This document shows positions 33,110 through 35,101 of a stretch of 35,101 nucleotides of DNA, piece by piece. The notes beneath the pieces are model-generated. The model made no database searches. It worked only from the letters and a program-made list of their open reading frames with translations, and had not been told where the DNA came from. Position numbers and translations under genes: made by a program. The first letter of the stretch is position 1, and each line of letters opens with the position of its first letter. This DNA is from a virus (lineage: Duplodnaviria; Caudoviricetes): positions 1 to 35,101 of the IMG/VR virus record IMGVR_UViG_3300037851_000491. One strand, given 5' to 3'.

Positions 33110-34111
33110 ATGATTGAGCAGCCTCGCGTGATCGTCAACTACTCCAACCAGCACAGGAACATCTCGGCCGTCGACAGCGACCCGCGGCCCGGGCCCACCA
33201 CCGAGGAGATGATCGGCGAGCGCCGCTTCGCCGGCGCCAAGCCGGAGGCCGAGCGCCAGGGCGCCTTTGTGATCGCCCGGCATATCGCCGGCGTGGGCAC
33301 CTCGAGCGTGGACGAGCTTGTGCGCGAGCTGGACTGGGAGTTTGCCCAGCGCCCCACGCACGCGGCCAGCTTCCACAGCGACGCGAGCGGCCCGCAGGAC
33401 GTCTACCCGCTTATCGCCCGGCCCGAGGACGCCGCCATGGCCGCCCGCATCGGCCGGAGCCTGTCGCGCGGTATCGGCTTTGCCTACCAGGCGCCCAAGC
33501 TGCGCACCGACCTGGCCTGGAGCCACCGCGCGGATAACCTGCCCGCCGGCCGGACCGTGCTGCTCGAGATCGGCGTCCACGGAGCGACCAGCCTGGCCTA
33601 CGGCCAGAAGGGCCCGGCCATGCTCTACCGCTACGCCGAGTTCCACGGCGCCGCCGCTATCCAGGAGTGCTTCCGGGAGTGGGGCCTGCTCAAGGTGGAG
33701 AAGATGCTGCCCCGGACCATCGAGGTCCCGCCCGGCTTCGAGGACTGGTACGACCCGGCCTCCCCGACGCCGGCGCCGGTCGAGTACGCCTTCGGCGACC
33801 GCATCCTGTACATGGACGACGACCCGCTGACCCCGCTCATGCGTGGCGCCGACGTGCTGCTCCTGCAGAAGGCCCTGAACGCCCTCATCCCGGCCGGCGC
33901 GACGATCACCCGCCTGGACGACGGCCGGCACGCGGCCACGCCGATCGACGCGGACGGGATCTTCGGCGGCTGGACCGAGGCCGCGACCTTCCTCTACCAG
34001 AGCACCCACTGGTGGAAAGGCGTGCGCCTGGTCGCCGACGGCGTCTGTGGGCCCACCACCGCGGCCAAGATCAAGGACGCCCTCGCGCATTACGGAATCA
34101 CGATCAGCTGA
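33110..34111 (+). CDS. Endolysin: Amidase_3-like domain plus PG-binding domain
   Basis: SFHSDA and VLLEIG amidase motifs; RGADVLLLQKALN...DADGIFG..T...YQ...ADGVCGPTT. Confidence 0.88.
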   Translation: MIEQPRVIVNYSNQHRNISAVDSDPRPGPTTEEMIGERRFAGAKPEAERQGAFVIARHIAGVGTSSVDELVRELDWEFAQRPTHAASFHSDASGPQDVYPLIARPEDAAMAARIGRSLSRGIGFAYQAPKLRTDLAWSHRADNLPAGRTVLLEIGVHGATSLAYGQKGPAMLYRYAEFHGAAAIQECFREWGLLKVEKMLPRTIEVPPGFEDWYDPASPTPAPVEYAFGDRILYMDDDPLTPLMRGADVLLLQKALNALIPAGATITRLDDGRHAATPIDADGIFGGWTEAATFLYQSTHWWKGVRLVADGVCGPTTAAKIKDALAHYGITIS

Positions 34112-34112
34112 A

Positions 34113-34214
34113 AGGCCTCTGTAAGGCCCGACACGCCTTCAAACACCCGCCGATCGCGCCGCAGGCCCGTCTTGAGGGTCCAGCGGCGCGATTTAGGCCT
34201 ACCACGGAGGGGAG
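34113..34214 (+). repeat. Structured intergenic element, copy C
   Basis: Direct repeat of 1537-1643; hairpin ATCGCGCCGC...GCGGCGCGAT. Confidence 0.9.
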
Positions 34215-34220
34215 GTCACT

Positions 34221-35101
34221 GTGCCAACCGCTGACTTCACCACCGCCGGCACAACCAGCTGGACCTGCCCGGACAACTGCATATCAGCGGTCGTGGAGGT
34301 TTGGGGAGGCGGAGGCGGAGGCGGAGGCGGTAACACGCCGAACGGCGGCTCGGGAGGCGGAGGCGGGGCCTACTCCAAGAAAACCTACTCCAACCCGACC
34401 GCCGGCAGCAAGACCGTGGTGGTGGGCGCGGCCGGCACCGGCGGTGTGTCCACCGGCAACGGCGGCGCCGGCGGAGATTCCTACTTCATCAGCGCGACCG
34501 ATTGCATGGCCAAGGGCGGAGGCGGAGGCGCCACGAACGCCGGCACTATTGGGGCGGGCGGTCTCGCCTCGGCCGGATACGGCGAGCTGAAGTATTCCGG
34601 CGGCTCCGGCCGCATCGGCACCGGTACGTCCGGCAGCGGTGGAGGCGGCAGCGCCGGCACCGCATCTGACGGCACCACGGCTACGGGCACCACCGGAGCG
34701 CCCGCGGTTATCGGCGGAGGCCCGGGCGGCAACGGCTCATCGAGCACCAACGGCTCGGCGCCGGCCTCCGGCCCAGGCGGAGGCGGAGGCGGGGCGAACG
34801 ACGAGACCGGCGTAGTCGGCGGCAACGGCTGGGCCGGCAGGGTCGTGATCACCTACGAGGTCGCCCTGCCGGTCTCCGGGACCTGCGCGATATCGAGCGG
34901 CGCCTCCGGCTCCGCGTCCCAGCAGCAGCCGGCCTCCGGCACGGCCCCGATCACCTCGGGCGCCTCGGGAGCGGTCACGCAGGAGCAGCCCGCGAGCGGC
35001 ACGGCCGCGATCACCTCCGGCGCCTCCGGCGCGGCCCAGTCCGAGAGCCCGGTCTCCGGTACGGCTTCGATCGTGTCCGGCGCGAGCGGCGCGGCCACCG
35101 G
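34221..35101 (+). CDS. N-terminal part of Gly-rich repeat fibre protein (runs off the end; absent from ORF track)
   Basis: GGAGG RBS, GTG; MPTADFTTAGTTSWTCP...VEVWGGGGGGG...GGGGGAYSKK...GRVVITY, then 20-aa repeats. Confidence 0.88.
   Translation, partial: MPTADFTTAGTTSWTCPDNCISAVVEVWGGGGGGGGGNTPNGGSGGGGGAYSKKTYSNPTAGSKTVVVGAAGTGGVSTGNGGAGGDSYFISATDCMAKGGGGGATNAGTIGAGGLASAGYGELKYSGGSGRIGTGTSGSGGGGSAGTASDGTTATGTTGAPAVIGGGPGGNGSSSTNGSAPASGPGGGGGGANDETGVVGGNGWAGRVVITYEVALPVSGTCAISSGASGSASQQQPASGTAPITSGASGAVTQEQPASGTAAITSGASGAAQSESPVSGTASIVSGASGAAT
34976..35101 (+). repeat. 126-nt identity to 43-168 (likely assembly overlap within the tandem repeat)
   Basis: Exact match; 34893-34982 also matches 260-349. 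Confidence 0.9.

Noticed and set aside
34976-35101. Terminal match as a biological direct terminal repeat
   Set aside because: Lies inside a coding tandem repeat far from terS, starts at 43 rather than 1, and its length fits an assembler k-mer overlap

Overview
A near-complete, high-GC siphovirus genome (about 35 kb, HK97-type head), probably of an Actinomycetota host (inferred from GC content and a TTGACA-N18-TAGACT promoter). The contig opens inside a 60-bp tandem-repeat gene; the last 126 nt equal positions 43-168. Gene order: accessory fibre module, holin-like gene, atypical CAT tRNA, leftward XRE repressor operon, then an early region (RHH, HNH, HTH, three large Cys-rich modular proteins, PD-(D/E)XK exonuclease, RecT/Bet, RuvC, O-type Rep with iterons and DnaA boxes, putative late regulator). 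After a late promoter come the packaging HNH, a counter-oriented Zn-finger prim-pol gene with a DnaA-box cluster, TerS/TerL, portal, protease, capsid, neck, tail, FN3-rich baseplate, receptor-binding protein and lysis genes. No integrase, ParA, helicase, reverse transcriptase or CRISPR array was recognised. Best candidates for new biology: the prim-pol/DnaA-box insert at the packaging junction; a three-copy structured intergenic element, two copies of which bracket a fibre cassette between endolysin and holin; shuffled Cys micro-domain proteins; an initiator-like tRNA with C33 and a remodelled anticodon stem; and a tail-chaperone extension in the +1 rather than -1 frame. All calls come from motif reading by eye, with no database searches.
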